Positions 41,594 to 51,510 are shown, counted from the first letter of the stretch. The stretch: 64,000 nt of DNA from an uncultured delta proteobacterium (GCA_963705555.1 CAVPJZ010000002.1:43886-107885); one strand, 5' to 3'. Made by a program: numbers and translations. The notes: a model not told the origin generated them from the sequence alone.

Positions 41594-42949
41594 TTATAAT
41601 TCGTCCAATAGCGACTTTATATATTTTGAGGCGCTTTCACCCGCTAGATACCCTGTCGAAAAAGCCGCCTGTAAATTATAGCCTCCGGTATCGGCATCAA
41701 TATCTATTACTTCGCCGCAGAAATACAGTCCAGGAACTTTTCTGGAAGCCATTGTTCGCGGATCGATTTCATCAAGTGATACGCCCCCTGCTGTCACTAT
41801 CGCTTTTGTGAGCGGCAGAGGCGCTTTGATGTTGAAGCGCAGGGCTTTAAGCAGTTCAACGATTCTTTCCCTTTCGGGAGCAATGATCTGGTGCGCCTGC
41901 TTTTCCGTACCAATCCCGGTCATCTCTATAAAGGGATCGATCATCTTCGCGGGCAGATACTCTTTGATGATGCCGGCGATTTTTCTTTTACCGGATTTGT
42001 CCAGATCGCGCTGTAGGCGCTTATGTAATTGTTCCGCGGTCAACGCCGGTTTTAAATCTATCAATACGGATACGGGACCATTTTCCAGAGCTTCCACAAC
42101 AGCAAGGCTCATGAGCAATATAATCGGGCCGCCCAGACCAAAATGTGTAAAGAGCATTTCCCCAAAGCGGCTTTCAAGAACCGGTGGACGGGGTGATTTT
42201 TTTTCTCCACGGCCATAGCTGCAGTGGGGAGTAAGCGAAGCATCGATGACAGAGGCTTCACCCTGAAACGCCGTGGCACGGACATTGCGCAAACTAACAC
42301 CCTGCATGGATTTGGCCAGCTTCTGTTCCTGTACAACCAGTGGCACCAGTGCCGGTTTGAGCTTCACAATGCTGTGCCCCAGTCGCCTGCTCATTTTATA
42401 GCCATCACCGGTAGAGCCGGTTTCAGGCCAGGAGGCACCGCCTGCGGCCATAATAACTGCGAGAGAGCGATAAGTTCCGTTTCGAGTCTGGACAAGGTAA
42501 ATGCAATCATCCTGAAAATTGATCGCGGTTACCTGCGCATTTAATTTGATCTGGACTTTGCCCGCGGCCAAATATTTTTTGAATACTCTCACGACATCAT
42601 TAGCATCATCGGAGACGGGAAAGATTCTTCCGCCTCGTTCCAATTTTGTCATAAGACCTTGGCACGTAAGGAAGTCCAGCAATTCGGGGCGGAAAAACCG
42701 ATGAAAAGCGCCATAAAGAAAACGGCCGTTAATTCCATACATGGCAATGAAATCTTTTAATTCGGCGGAATTTGTTAAATTGCAGCGAGTCTTGCCGCTT
42801 ACGAGAATTTTTTTGCCGATGCTGCCGGTCTTTTCCAGAAGTAAAACTTTCGCTCCTAACTCGCCTGCGCGGCCTGCGGCCATTAGGCCTGCCGCGCCGC
42901 CGCCAGCAATTATAACATCAGCATTTATTTTTCCGTTGGTCCTAATCAA
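41594..42949 (-). CDS. HI0933/BaiN-family NAD(FAD)-utilising flavoprotein
   Basis: 451-aa intact ORF with the dinucleotide motif IIAGGGAAGLMAA and the family C-terminus GLYFCGEVIDIDADTGGYNLQAAFSTG. TTG start. Confidence 0.8.
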   Translation of the reverse strand: MIRTNGKINADVIIAGGGAAGLMAAGRAGELGAKVLLLEKTGSIGKKILVSGKTRCNLTNSAELKDFIAMYGINGRFLYGAFHRFFRPELLDFLTCQGLMTKLERGGRIFPVSDDANDVVRVFKKYLAAGKVQIKLNAQVTAINFQDDCIYLVQTRNGTYRSLAVIMAAGGASWPETGSTGDGYKMSRRLGHSIVKLKPALVPLVVQEQKLAKSMQGVSLRNVRATAFQGEASVIDASLTPHCSYGRGEKKSPRPPVLESRFGEMLFTHFGLGGPIILLMSLAVVEALENGPVSVLIDLKPALTAEQLHKRLQRDLDKSGKRKIAGIIKEYLPAKMIDPFIEMTGIGTEKQAHQIIAPERERIVELLKALRFNIKAPLPLTKAIVTAGGVSLDEIDPRTMASRKVPGLYFCGEVIDIDADTGGYNLQAAFSTGYLAGESASKYIKSLLDEL

Positions 42950-43045
42950 ATTGCGTACCCACCTTTAAAATTTGCGTAGCACGAAAAAGCTTGGCCGGTC
43001 AATCATGGAAATGAACCGGCCTTATCTTGTTATATTATCGAGCTT

Positions 43046-44149
43046 ATGCTAAAATCTAAATATTTTCGAAAGCAAAGACAGGGGCGCTTAACTTTGCAAG
43101 TACCAACAAATTTAATAACTCTTACAACCCGAATATTTCTTCAGGTTCGACCCATCGCTCATCAGTATCTAGAAGGCTGGAAAAATATTGCCCAAAAGAT
43201 TCCCGATCCCGAATTACACCGGCAGGCGCGTCTGAGTATTTCCACTAAGACATTTCACTGCGAAGGAGGTTCGATTTACGGGCTTTTGGCCGGAAACCGA
43301 TACAAAGAAGCCATTAAATTTATTGTTGCGTACCAAACGATCAGTGATTACCTGGATAATCTTTGCGACCGAAGTACCTCGTTCGATCCCGATGATTTTC
43401 GCGCTTTGCACGAAGCTATGCTGCAAGCCCTGACTCCGGATGCCAAGTTATCATCTTATTACCGGTTCCGACAGGAGCAGGATGACGGCGGCTACCTGGC
43501 GGCGCTGGTGCAGACCTGCCGGGATGTATTGAGAAATTTACCCAATTATAGAATTGCCGCCTCAACCTTGCTCGAACTGGCCGGCTTCTATTGTGATTTA
43601 CAAGTCCACAAGCATGTAAAAAGCGAGGAACGCCTATCCAGGCTTCAGGCATGGTTTGATCAAAACAAGAGCCGGTTACCCGAAATGACCTGGTATGAAT
43701 TCGCGGCTTGCGCCGGTTCTACCTTAGGAATTTTCGGTATCGTTTCCCTTTTGTTTAATCCCCATACATCTTCCGATCTTATCTCTAAAACAAAACAAGC
43801 TTACTTCCCCTGGGTTCAGGGATTGCATATTCTCCTAGATTATTTGATTGATCAGGAAGAAGATCGCCGAGGTCATGATTTGAATTTTTGTTCTTATTAT
43901 CCGGACAGCGAACTTCTGGCTAAAAGGCTAATTTATTTCTACAGGCAGGCACAGCAGAGCATTGCCAGTTTACCATTTCCTGGATTTCACTGTTTGATCA
44001 ACCGCGGCCTGTTGAGTATTTACCTTTCCGATAACAAAGTTTCACAGCAAAAAGAAGTTCGTAAAATTTCAAGGAAATTGCTGAGTATTGGCGGAGCAAA
44101 AGCTATTTTCTTTTATCTTCATTGCTGGATTTATCGGCGTCTTCCTTAA
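43046..44149 (+). CDS. ytpB: YtpB/DUF2600 family (tetraprenyl-beta-curcumene synthase-like terpenoid synthase)
   Basis: 367 aa. From memory of Bacillus YtpB it shares KTFHCEGGS, IVAYQTISDYLDNLCDRSTS, YCDLQVHKHV and GLHILLDYLIDQEED. Not checked by alignment here. Confidence 0.65.
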   Translation: MLKSKYFRKQRQGRLTLQVPTNLITLTTRIFLQVRPIAHQYLEGWKNIAQKIPDPELHRQARLSISTKTFHCEGGSIYGLLAGNRYKEAIKFIVAYQTISDYLDNLCDRSTSFDPDDFRALHEAMLQALTPDAKLSSYYRFRQEQDDGGYLAALVQTCRDVLRNLPNYRIAASTLLELAGFYCDLQVHKHVKSEERLSRLQAWFDQNKSRLPEMTWYEFAACAGSTLGIFGIVSLLFNPHTSSDLISKTKQAYFPWVQGLHILLDYLIDQEEDRRGHDLNFCSYYPDSELLAKRLIYFYRQAQQSIASLPFPGFHCLINRGLLSIYLSDNKVSQQKEVRKISRKLLSIGGAKAIFFYLHCWIYRRLP

Positions 44150-44206
44150 CGGCTAAATGGTTTTTAGATATTATGTTTATAATCAAGAACAACTTGGATA
44201 ATCTTT

Positions 44207-44253
44207 AATAATTCTGAAGAATTATTCTCCACTGCTGGGGAGTTATTCCCCAC
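44207..44253 (+). promoter_or_regulatory. Candidate enhancer (UAS) for the sigma-54 promoter
   Basis: Perfect inverted repeat AATAATTCT-GA-AGAATTATT (44207-26). Direct repeats TTATTCTCCAC (44222-32) and TTATTCCCCAC (44243-53) are 21 bp apart. The block lies about 95-140 bp upstream of the -24/-12 element. Confidence 0.35.
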
Positions 44254-44347
44254 TTCTTAACTGGACAACTCAAACCATAATCTTCACCAAAAAAATATTA
44301 TCCATTTATTTTAACTATATAGACATTATTAACCTATACCTCTTTGT

Positions 44348-44363
44348 TGGCATGTTAGTTGCT
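44348..44363 (+). promoter_or_regulatory. Sigma-54 (-24/-12) promoter
   Basis: TGGCAT-GTTAG-TTGCT matches TGGCAC-N5-TTGCW with correct GG/GC spacing. GAGG lies at 44384 and the ATG at 44398. Confidence 0.6.
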
Positions 44364-44397
44364 CTTAGTGAAGCTTGAAATATTGAGGTTGTTCATC

Positions 44398-44784
44398 ATG
44401 AAAAAAGCTTTATGGCATATAGCTGGCGCAGTTTTCCTTTTGTCGGCTTTAGTTTTTGCCGCCGATAAATCAATTTCGCAGACTATAACAAAGGAAGAGG
44501 CAATTAAAACAAACACCATAAAAACAGCCAAGATGAACGCCATAGGAAAAGTTATCAATATTTCCGACGAATCCATTAAGATTGAGCGCACCGTACGAGG
44601 CAATGTAGAAGCAATGCATTTTGCATTGGAAAACCCAACTGAAAATATTGCTGAAAACGATATCGTAAAAATAGCCTACATTAATCAAGACGGCAAATTA
44701 GTCGCCCACAGAGTGCTAAAAGTCGATTCCAAGAAAAAAGAAGTTAAACCGGTTGTAGAAAAATCAGCAACAGGTAAGAAGTGA
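44398..44784 (+). CDS. Small secreted protein (uncharacterised)
   Basis: MKKALWHIAGAVFLLSALVFA is a signal peptide. 128 aa with no recognisable family. Confidence 0.6.
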   Translation: MKKALWHIAGAVFLLSALVFAADKSISQTITKEEAIKTNTIKTAKMNAIGKVINISDESIKIERTVRGNVEAMHFALENPTENIAENDIVKIAYINQDGKLVAHRVLKVDSKKKEVKPVVEKSATGKK

Positions 44785-44885
44785 TAAGAGCAGCTGGCTT
44801 GGAGTGTTTATCTGAATTAATTTGGGGTCCCTTAGTTTTTAAGGGTGGTATTAAATAAAACACAATTTAAGAAGGAGGATTTAAG

Positions 44886-45176
44886 ATGAAACGTTTAGTA
44901 TTGTTTGTTGTCGCATTGGTTTTCGCATTTTGCACCACCGTTATGGCAGCTGATAAACCCGCTGCTGTTGGAACAGCCGCGCCCACAAAGGATGAACAGG
45001 CAGCCACGATGAAAGCTGACCAGAAGAAAGCCGCCGCCGATAAGAAAGCGGCCCAGAAGAAAGCAGCCGCAAAGAAGAAAGCAGCCGAGAAGAAAGCCGC
45101 TGCGAAGAAAGCCGCCGCCGATAAGAAAGCAGCCGAGAAGAAAGCAGCTGAACCTGCACCAGCACCCGCAAAATAA
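44886..45176 (+). CDS. Secreted Lys/Ala-repeat (histone-H1-like low-complexity) protein
   Basis: Signal peptide MKRLVLFVVALVFAFCTTVMA, then KKAAADKKAAQKKAAAKKKAAEKKAAAKKAAADKKAAEKKAAE. Strong RBS AGGAGGA. Confidence 0.65.
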   Translation: MKRLVLFVVALVFAFCTTVMAADKPAAVGTAAPTKDEQAATMKADQKKAAADKKAAQKKAAAKKKAAEKKAAAKKAAADKKAAEKKAAEPAPAPAK

Positions 45177-45207
45177 GTTTACTAAAAACTTTATTTGCCC
45201 TAAAAAA

Positions 45208-45236
45208 GGGACAGGTAAAAACCTGTCCCTTTTTTT
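45208..45236 (+). terminator. Intrinsic terminator
   Basis: GGGACAGG (45208-15) pairs with CCTGTCCC (45222-29), followed by T7. Confidence 0.75.
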
Positions 45237-45283
45237 GTCTAACGCTAGTTAATTTTTTATCTTTCTGATATACATCACGCAAT

Positions 45284-46835
45284 ATGTTTAAAAAAATATT
45301 CGATCAGATAATTGCTTATAATGAAAATCTTACCGTGCGTGTACGATTGATCATTCTGACGGTTGTCGGCCTTGCTTTAACCATGGCCGTTTGGGGGTTT
45401 ATTCAACTTACCGCTCTGGATAGGATATTGGTCAACCAACAGACAAAAAGGCTTGAAGGTGTGGCCGATACGATCAGCACCTTTTATCAATTTTTCCCGA
45501 CAAAACGGGGCCTGCTGGCCCTTGATTCAGCTCTTAAAGACTTCATTCAATCCGATGTGCGTCTGGCAAGAATTGATATTTTTGACACCAGTCACGGCAA
45601 TGTTGATTACGTGGCCGGCGCCAGCCGGGTACAATATGAATGGCCAGATAATATTGTTGCTGCCGCCAGTGCAAAAGGCAAGGTGCGGTATGTTAAGATG
45701 TCTACGGAAAGCGGTCCGGCTATAGGTTTGCTATATCCTGTTTTGGAAGAAACAAAAAATTCTCATTTTGTTGTAGGTATTATTGGTTTTTCGCGTGCTA
45801 ATGCCGAAATCATGAATCATGCCCAACAATTGCTTATTATCAGTACAATCGGATTATTACTGCTCATCTTTTTGGTACTGGGATTAAGTTACGGCTGGAT
45901 CATTGGCGGACCGCTTAATCTAACTATCCAGACGATTGATGCTTTCCAAAAAGGACAATATGTAAAACGTATTCCTATGATTCGCCGGGATGAATGGGGA
46001 CAGCTGGCCGAGCACTTCAACACTATGGCTGATGAAATCCAGCAAGTCATGGCCAGAAATCTCGATTTAACTAGACACTTGGAAGATCGCGTTCGTGAAG
46101 AAACAAGCAAAGTAGTTCAATTACAAAAACAAGTGGATGTATTACAGCAATTGACCGCATTAGGTCATTTAACGGCTAACCTTGCCCACGATTTGGGAAC
46201 TCCAATCCATTCTATCGGGGGACTGGCAAAGCTTCTGCTGGAAAGAGAAGGCTGTCCGGCGGACGTAGCCCACAAATTAGAATTGATTGTTCAGCAAACT
46301 CAAAGGCTGGATGACGTTATTCAAAATGTGCGTAAAGCCACGCGCCTTCCCGATCCTCATTTTGAAGTGCTTACCGTCCAGCAAATTCTAAGTGATACAC
46401 TTCCGCTTGTTGAACCCCTCGTACAAAAAAATAAAGCGGAAATAAGCGTGCATGTAGATAACGCTATCGAACCTGTATATATCGATCGTTACCGTATTCA
46501 AACCGCTCTGATGAATATCATTCAAAACGCTCTGGAAGCAATGCACGCAGGGAGGAAAAATAACTATATCGGCCCAAGCCGATTCCCAAAATGGTTTTGT
46601 GGCAATGACTATCAATGATACTGGCACTGGAATGCCGCCGGAAATGATTGAAAAGGCTCGCGAACCATTCTTTAGCACGAAACACGATGGCAGTTTGCGC
46701 GGCTTAGGCCTAGCGATAGTCCATGACATTATTAAAACCCACGGTGGCAAAATGGAAATAAAAAGTTCGCTGAATCAGGGGACTTCAATTATTCTTTACC
46801 TGCCGATATTCAACGATGATGAGCGTACTTTGTAA
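45284..46835 (+). CDS. Sensor histidine kinase (periplasmic domain, HAMP, HisKA, HATPase); one frame break near 46560-46620
   Basis: Two TM segments, HAMP, the H-box LAHDLGTPIHSI, and after a shift the N/G boxes (DTGTGMP, GLGLAIV). Confidence 0.8.
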
Positions 46836-46890
46836 GTAGCACAAAGCAGAGAGTCCATTATCGTGCCCATAAAACAGATCTCCCTGGTTT

Positions 46891-48255
46891 TTAACGTTCA
46901 GCAGAAGACTTTCTACCCGCGGAAAGTTTTTCGTCTAATAAACCATACCGGCGAATTTTCAGGCGCAACGTTTTACGGTCAATATCCAGAAGTTGAGCTG
47001 TTTTGGATTGATTCCATGAAGTCTCCTTCAGTGTCTGTAGGATTTTATCTCTTTCCGCCGTTTCCAGCGGCGAAATATCAGGCAATGCGATTTCTTCTTT
47101 ATTTTCTTTTTGTTGCAAAAAACGCTCCGGCAAATTTTCCGGAAGGATCACCGCAAAAGGAGACAGTAAAAGTGTTTGTTGTAAAGCATTTTCCATCTCC
47201 CGCACATTGCCCGGCCAGTTATACGCCATTAGTAACTCCATGGCCTCTACAGAAATGCGCACGTTGGGATAACCGAGCTTTTTCAGTAGTGATTCAATAA
47301 GCATAGGAATATCTTCTTTATGCTCTCTCAAAGAAGGAATGCGCAAACGCACAATAAATCTATATAACAAATCCAGGCGAAAGTGGCCGAGGCTTACCTC
47401 TTCATCAATATTTTTATTGGCCGCCGCAACTACCCTCACCGTTACATTGCGAACCTCATGGCCGCCTATTCTTCTTACCTCGCCATTTTGCATAAACCGT
47501 AAAAATTTACCTTGCAGAGCTGTCGACATTTCCGTGATTTCATCAAGAAAAATTGTTCCGCCTTCCGCTGATTCCAAAAGTCCGATATGCTGATGGTCGG
47601 CTCCGGTAAATGAACCTTTCTCATAACCAAAGAGCTCGGATTCTAACAAATTATCGGGAATAGCTCCGCAATGGACGACAACAAACGGCTTATCGCGGCG
47701 CGATGACATATTATGCAAAGAACGGGCGGTCAATTCTTTCCCCGTTCCGCTTTCACCCTCTATTAAAACACTGGCTGGCGCATCAGCGACACGCGCAATT
47801 TGCTTGTAGAATTCAACCATGGTCGCCGATGATCCGATTAACTTCGGGCCTTCGGTTCCTTCCGGCTGCAATTTCAACCGTCGCTCCCGAAGTTCCCTAA
47901 CTTCCAATACCTTTTTTACAATAGACCGGCAATCTTCCGGTGAAAAAGGTTTGCTGATATAATCCCAGGCACCCAGGCTTATTGCCTCCATTGTTGTTTC
48001 CAGAGAACCATAGGCAGTCATAAGAATAACCGGCAAATTCGGCCATTTTTTGTGCACTTGATCCAAGAACTGCAAACCATCCATTTCTGGCATGCGAATA
48101 TCGGACATAAGCAGATCATACCGGGAAAGGTCTTGCTTCAAAGCTTCCTTGGCTGATGTATAGGCTTTTACTTCATAACCATCAAGCGAAAGAGCTTCCT
48201 GCAAAAACTCACCGGCAACAGCGTCGTCATCAATCACTAAAATTTGGGCTTTCAT
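46891..48255 (-). CDS. Sigma-54-dependent response regulator (NtrC family)
   Basis: 454-aa intact ORF with a receiver domain (ILVIDDD..D..MPEMDG), an AAA+ domain containing GESGTGKE and GAFTGA-like GSFTGA, and a C-terminal HTH. Confidence 0.9.
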   Translation of the reverse strand: MKAQILVIDDDAVAGEFLQEALSLDGYEVKAYTSAKEALKQDLSRYDLLMSDIRMPEMDGLQFLDQVHKKWPNLPVILMTAYGSLETTMEAISLGAWDYISKPFSPEDCRSIVKKVLEVRELRERRLKLQPEGTEGPKLIGSSATMVEFYKQIARVADAPASVLIEGESGTGKELTARSLHNMSSRRDKPFVVVHCGAIPDNLLESELFGYEKGSFTGADHQHIGLLESAEGGTIFLDEITEMSTALQGKFLRFMQNGEVRRIGGHEVRNVTVRVVAAANKNIDEEVSLGHFRLDLLYRFIVRLRIPSLREHKEDIPMLIESLLKKLGYPNVRISVEAMELLMAYNWPGNVREMENALQQTLLLSPFAVILPENLPERFLQQKENKEEIALPDISPLETAERDKILQTLKETSWNQSKTAQLLDIDRKTLRLKIRRYGLLDEKLSAGRKSSAER

Positions 48256-48392
48256 AAAATTACCTTATAAGATTATTTAGGTTTTAGCTTTAATGCAGGG
48301 AATTCGTCAATGAAAATCTAACACCGGGAATAAATATAAAGAATGTTCTTTCAGGGAATTATAGGGGCGATTATATAAATATCAGGATATTA

Positions 48393-48842
48393 TTAAGGCA
48401 GGGCTGCAATAAAAAATCCGGCTAGTTTTCTACTGCCTAATGCATCTTTGGCAACAATGTCGCACTTAATTCTTTTTTCGCCGTTTTCTTCATACTTTTT
48501 GACTATCTTGCCGCTGATCGTGATTGTCGCCCTGCCCGTTGTGTTTCCCATATCATTTAAATCGGCCGGTTCCGTCATGCTCATAAAACGGACATTAAAT
48601 GAACGCAAATTCCTTTGGTCAATCCAGGAAGTAATGGCTTCACCGGCAATGCCCATAATCAACATACCGTGAGCAATAACATTATCCATACCAATCATTT
48701 TTATGAATGATTCATCGTGATGCAGGGGATTAAAATCACCGGAGGCTCCAGCATAACGCACCAAATGGGTCCTGGTAATGGGAGCGGTAGTATAAGTGGG
48801 GATAGTATCGCCAACTTTAACATCGTCATATGTTATGGCCAT
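48393..48842 (-). CDS. MaoC-like (R)-hydratase hotdog-fold protein
   Basis: 149 aa with RYAGASGDFNPLHHDE, the MaoC dehydratase motif. Confidence 0.75.
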   Translation of the reverse strand: MAITYDDVKVGDTIPTYTTAPITRTHLVRYAGASGDFNPLHHDESFIKMIGMDNVIAHGMLIMGIAGEAITSWIDQRNLRSFNVRFMSMTEPADLNDMGNTTGRATITISGKIVKKYEENGEKRIKCDIVAKDALGSRKLAGFFIAALP

Positions 48843-48852
48843 GTTTTTTTCC

Positions 48853-49326
48853 TTATCTTTCCATCATTGTTGAACGAACCTTGGCCACCAATTCGCCCCG
48901 CTGATTTATAATTTCCGTCTCCAGTACAGTAACGTCCACAAACCTGCCCAGCCTGTCTCTTTTCCCCCTTTCGAACATCTCCACTACCTTCATTTTTCGG
49001 GTAATGACATCGCCCGCGTAAATATTACCGAGATATTCGTACTCTTCTTCGCTGTGCAAAAGTTTGCTCAAATCAATACCTAAGGCTTTAACTATGCCCA
49101 TCAAACCTTCACCAGTCCAAAAAAAGAAGCTGGTCATAAAAGTCGGCGGCACCGGTATCCCTTGATAGCCTGCTTTTTTTGCGGCTTCTTCATCGTAGTA
49201 AATGGGATCGATTTGCTCTTTGTCGTCTTTAAGCCCTACGGCAACAGCAAACTCGGCAATTTTACTTTGCCCTACTGTAATTGTGTAGGCGGGAAATTCC
49301 ATTCCCAGTTTTGACCTATCAGCCAT
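48853..49326 (-). CDS. MaoC N-terminal-like hotdog protein (probable partner subunit)
   Basis: 157 aa with a UPF0336/FAS1-DH-like sequence, adjacent to the MaoC subunit as in HadAB-type pairs. Confidence 0.6.
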   Translation of the reverse strand: MADRSKLGMEFPAYTITVGQSKIAEFAVAVGLKDDKEQIDPIYYDEEAAKKAGYQGIPVPPTFMTSFFFWTGEGLMGIVKALGIDLSKLLHSEEEYEYLGNIYAGDVITRKMKVVEMFERGKRDRLGRFVDVTVLETEIINQRGELVAKVRSTMMER

Positions 49327-49653
49327 AATAATTCCTTGAAATAAATGCCGTTACTCATATCATATTCTCCAAAGAATGCCACAAATAAATTTGAAATTTG
49401 TAGAGATTAAAAGGTTTATTCGATTGCATTGAGTTGCGGCATACGTCGCAGTCATTCATTGGCCTTTGTAAAAAATCCGTTTTCTTGATGTATTATTTTT
49501 TCGCTTTTTCTCTTTCCTCGGTCAAACAATACATTCCCTTACCTTCCCGGATCGGCCGGAAACAAAGATTATCCGATATACAACTTGCCGCTCTTTTATC
49601 TCCCGACTTCCAGCGGTTGATGAGTTACCGCTAAGGCATTTTAAAGTATAAAA

Positions 49654-50142
49654 CTAAAGTTCATATAAAGTTTCATCTATTTTTGGTTTGCTTTTTGCGG
49701 CTGTTTTCATCGCCTGCTTTTCGCTCAAAGCTCCCTCTTTTGTAAGTATATCTCCCATCTCGTCTTCGATTTTTTCGGGATCTTCACCACTTTCGATTCT
49801 TTGAAGTGCTTCCTGAAAATTATCTCCCAGCTTCATGCCGGTCATTTCGGTAAACTTGCGCATTAATTGCGCTGCCGTGCGGGGATCATCGTCTTTGATT
49901 TTTTCGGCAAGGCTCGCGAATTTAACCAATTCCTTTTCCATTTTCTTTTCATCCATGCCGAGAAAAGGATGATCATCCTCCTCTTTTTCACCGCCGGAGA
50001 TTTTCGCAAACACAGACATCTGGCGGGCAAGCCGAATATTCTTGCATTTCGGACATAAGGGAATTTTATCGGTATTCACCGCTTGAGAAAAGAAATTATA
50101 AATTGTGTTGCAACGAGCACAATAAAACTCATAGATAGGCAT
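49654..50142 (-). CDS. FmdB-family zinc-ribbon protein
   Basis: MPIYEFYCARCN...CPKCKN is the CxxC-CxxC N-terminal motif, followed by an acidic tail. Confidence 0.65.
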   Translation of the reverse strand: MPIYEFYCARCNTIYNFFSQAVNTDKIPLCPKCKNIRLARQMSVFAKISGGEKEEDDHPFLGMDEKKMEKELVKFASLAEKIKDDDPRTAAQLMRKFTEMTGMKLGDNFQEALQRIESGEDPEKIEDEMGDILTKEGALSEKQAMKTAAKSKPKIDETLYEL

Positions 50143-50144
50143 GT

Positions 50145-51413
50145 TTAAATCTCCTGCTTAACGATCTTTTCATAATCCATTGTCTGCAGATATTCAATGC
50201 GCTCGATAAGAGGCGGATGAGAATAATAAAACCATACATATAAAGGATGGGGATGCAGATTAGCCAGGTTGTCTTTAGCCAGACGCGTGAGTGCGTCGAT
50301 CATCGGCGCGGAATTTCCAGTTAATTTGCAAGCTATACGGTCGGCTTCGCGCTCATAGCGGCGCATGATAGCCGCGCCGATGGGGCTTAAAAAAAATCCC
50401 GCCGAACTCAAGTAAAGAGACACCAAAAATAATCCGGCATACACAGTAACCTGCAGGCCAAAAGCGGTATATAGAGGCGGCCAGCCCAGAATCAGATAAA
50501 CAAAATAAAGCAATACAAGAGAGGCGGGGATCATAAACATTAATTGCTTTAAAATATGTTTCTTTTTCCAGTGACCGATTTCATGCGCCAGAACGGCTAA
50601 TATTTCATCCGTCGAATGTGAAGCCAAAAGCGTGTCGTATAGAACAATGCGTTTGGTTTTGCCGATACCTGTAAAATAGGCGTTCGTATGCTTCGAGCGT
50701 TTGCCTTCATCCACTTCAAATATTCCTTTAGCCTTTAGTCCCACCTTATCCATTAAGACAGTGATCTTTTCTTTTAGTTGTTCATCCTTTATCGGCTCAT
50801 ACTTGTTAAAAAGCGGCGCAATCAATACAGGGTAAAGCCAAAGCATGACAATTTCCAACAAGGTAAAAAATACCCAGGCCCAAAACCACCAACTCGTGGG
50901 CAGATAATTAATAAACGCCATAAATGCACTGATTATAATGGTCATCAAAATTGCGGAAATAATCAAAGATTTTATTAAATCGGTAATCCAGATACGCCAG
51001 GTGATGGTGGAAAATCCGTATTTTTTTTCCAGAACAAAATTGTCGTAAAGATCAAAAGGGATTCCGACAATACCGCCAATTGCTGCAAAAACTCCAAAAA
51101 ATATTAGAGCCTGCCAGATAAAGTGTATTTTAAGTCCCACCAGTGCACTAACAAAGGCAGGTAAAAAAAGAAACAAAACGGCCAATTCGATAATATCATC
51201 AACCAAATTTTCTTTCGATCCCAACCGGGAATTTTCGAGAGTATAGTCCACCATTTTGGAAAGCGTGCTTTGATCGATAATCCCTTGAAAAACTTGGGGG
51301 ATTTCTTTACCGCGGTTTTTCAAATGCCGGATATTGAGCTGCTCTAAAATATAACGCCAGATAAACCTACCGACAAACAAAATCAGAAATAAAAGCAAGA
51401 GCGCTTTTTCCAT
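50145..51413 (-). CDS. M48-family (Ste24/HtpX-like) membrane zinc metalloprotease
   Basis: 422-aa intact polytopic ORF with the HEIGHWKKKH HExxH motif. Confidence 0.8.
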   Translation of the reverse strand: MEKALLLLFLILFVGRFIWRYILEQLNIRHLKNRGKEIPQVFQGIIDQSTLSKMVDYTLENSRLGSKENLVDDIIELAVLFLFLPAFVSALVGLKIHFIWQALIFFGVFAAIGGIVGIPFDLYDNFVLEKKYGFSTITWRIWITDLIKSLIISAILMTIIISAFMAFINYLPTSWWFWAWVFFTLLEIVMLWLYPVLIAPLFNKYEPIKDEQLKEKITVLMDKVGLKAKGIFEVDEGKRSKHTNAYFTGIGKTKRIVLYDTLLASHSTDEILAVLAHEIGHWKKKHILKQLMFMIPASLVLLYFVYLILGWPPLYTAFGLQVTVYAGLFLVSLYLSSAGFFLSPIGAAIMRRYEREADRIACKLTGNSAPMIDALTRLAKDNLANLHPHPLYVWFYYSHPPLIERIEYLQTMDYEKIVKQEI

Positions 51414-51510
51414 AAACCACTAATCCTCATTATTAATTCTTATAATATAAAGATAACTAAGTTCGTTGTTCTTTTTTGAGAACTTGTTGTTCATATGTCC
51501 ATACATAATG

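Noticed and set aside
49434-49634. 66-aa plus-strand ORF in the FmdB / hotdog-gene spacer.
   Set aside because: It has no RBS and an odd composition. It sits where the promoter of the MaoC-pair operon and the 3' end of the FmdB gene are expected.
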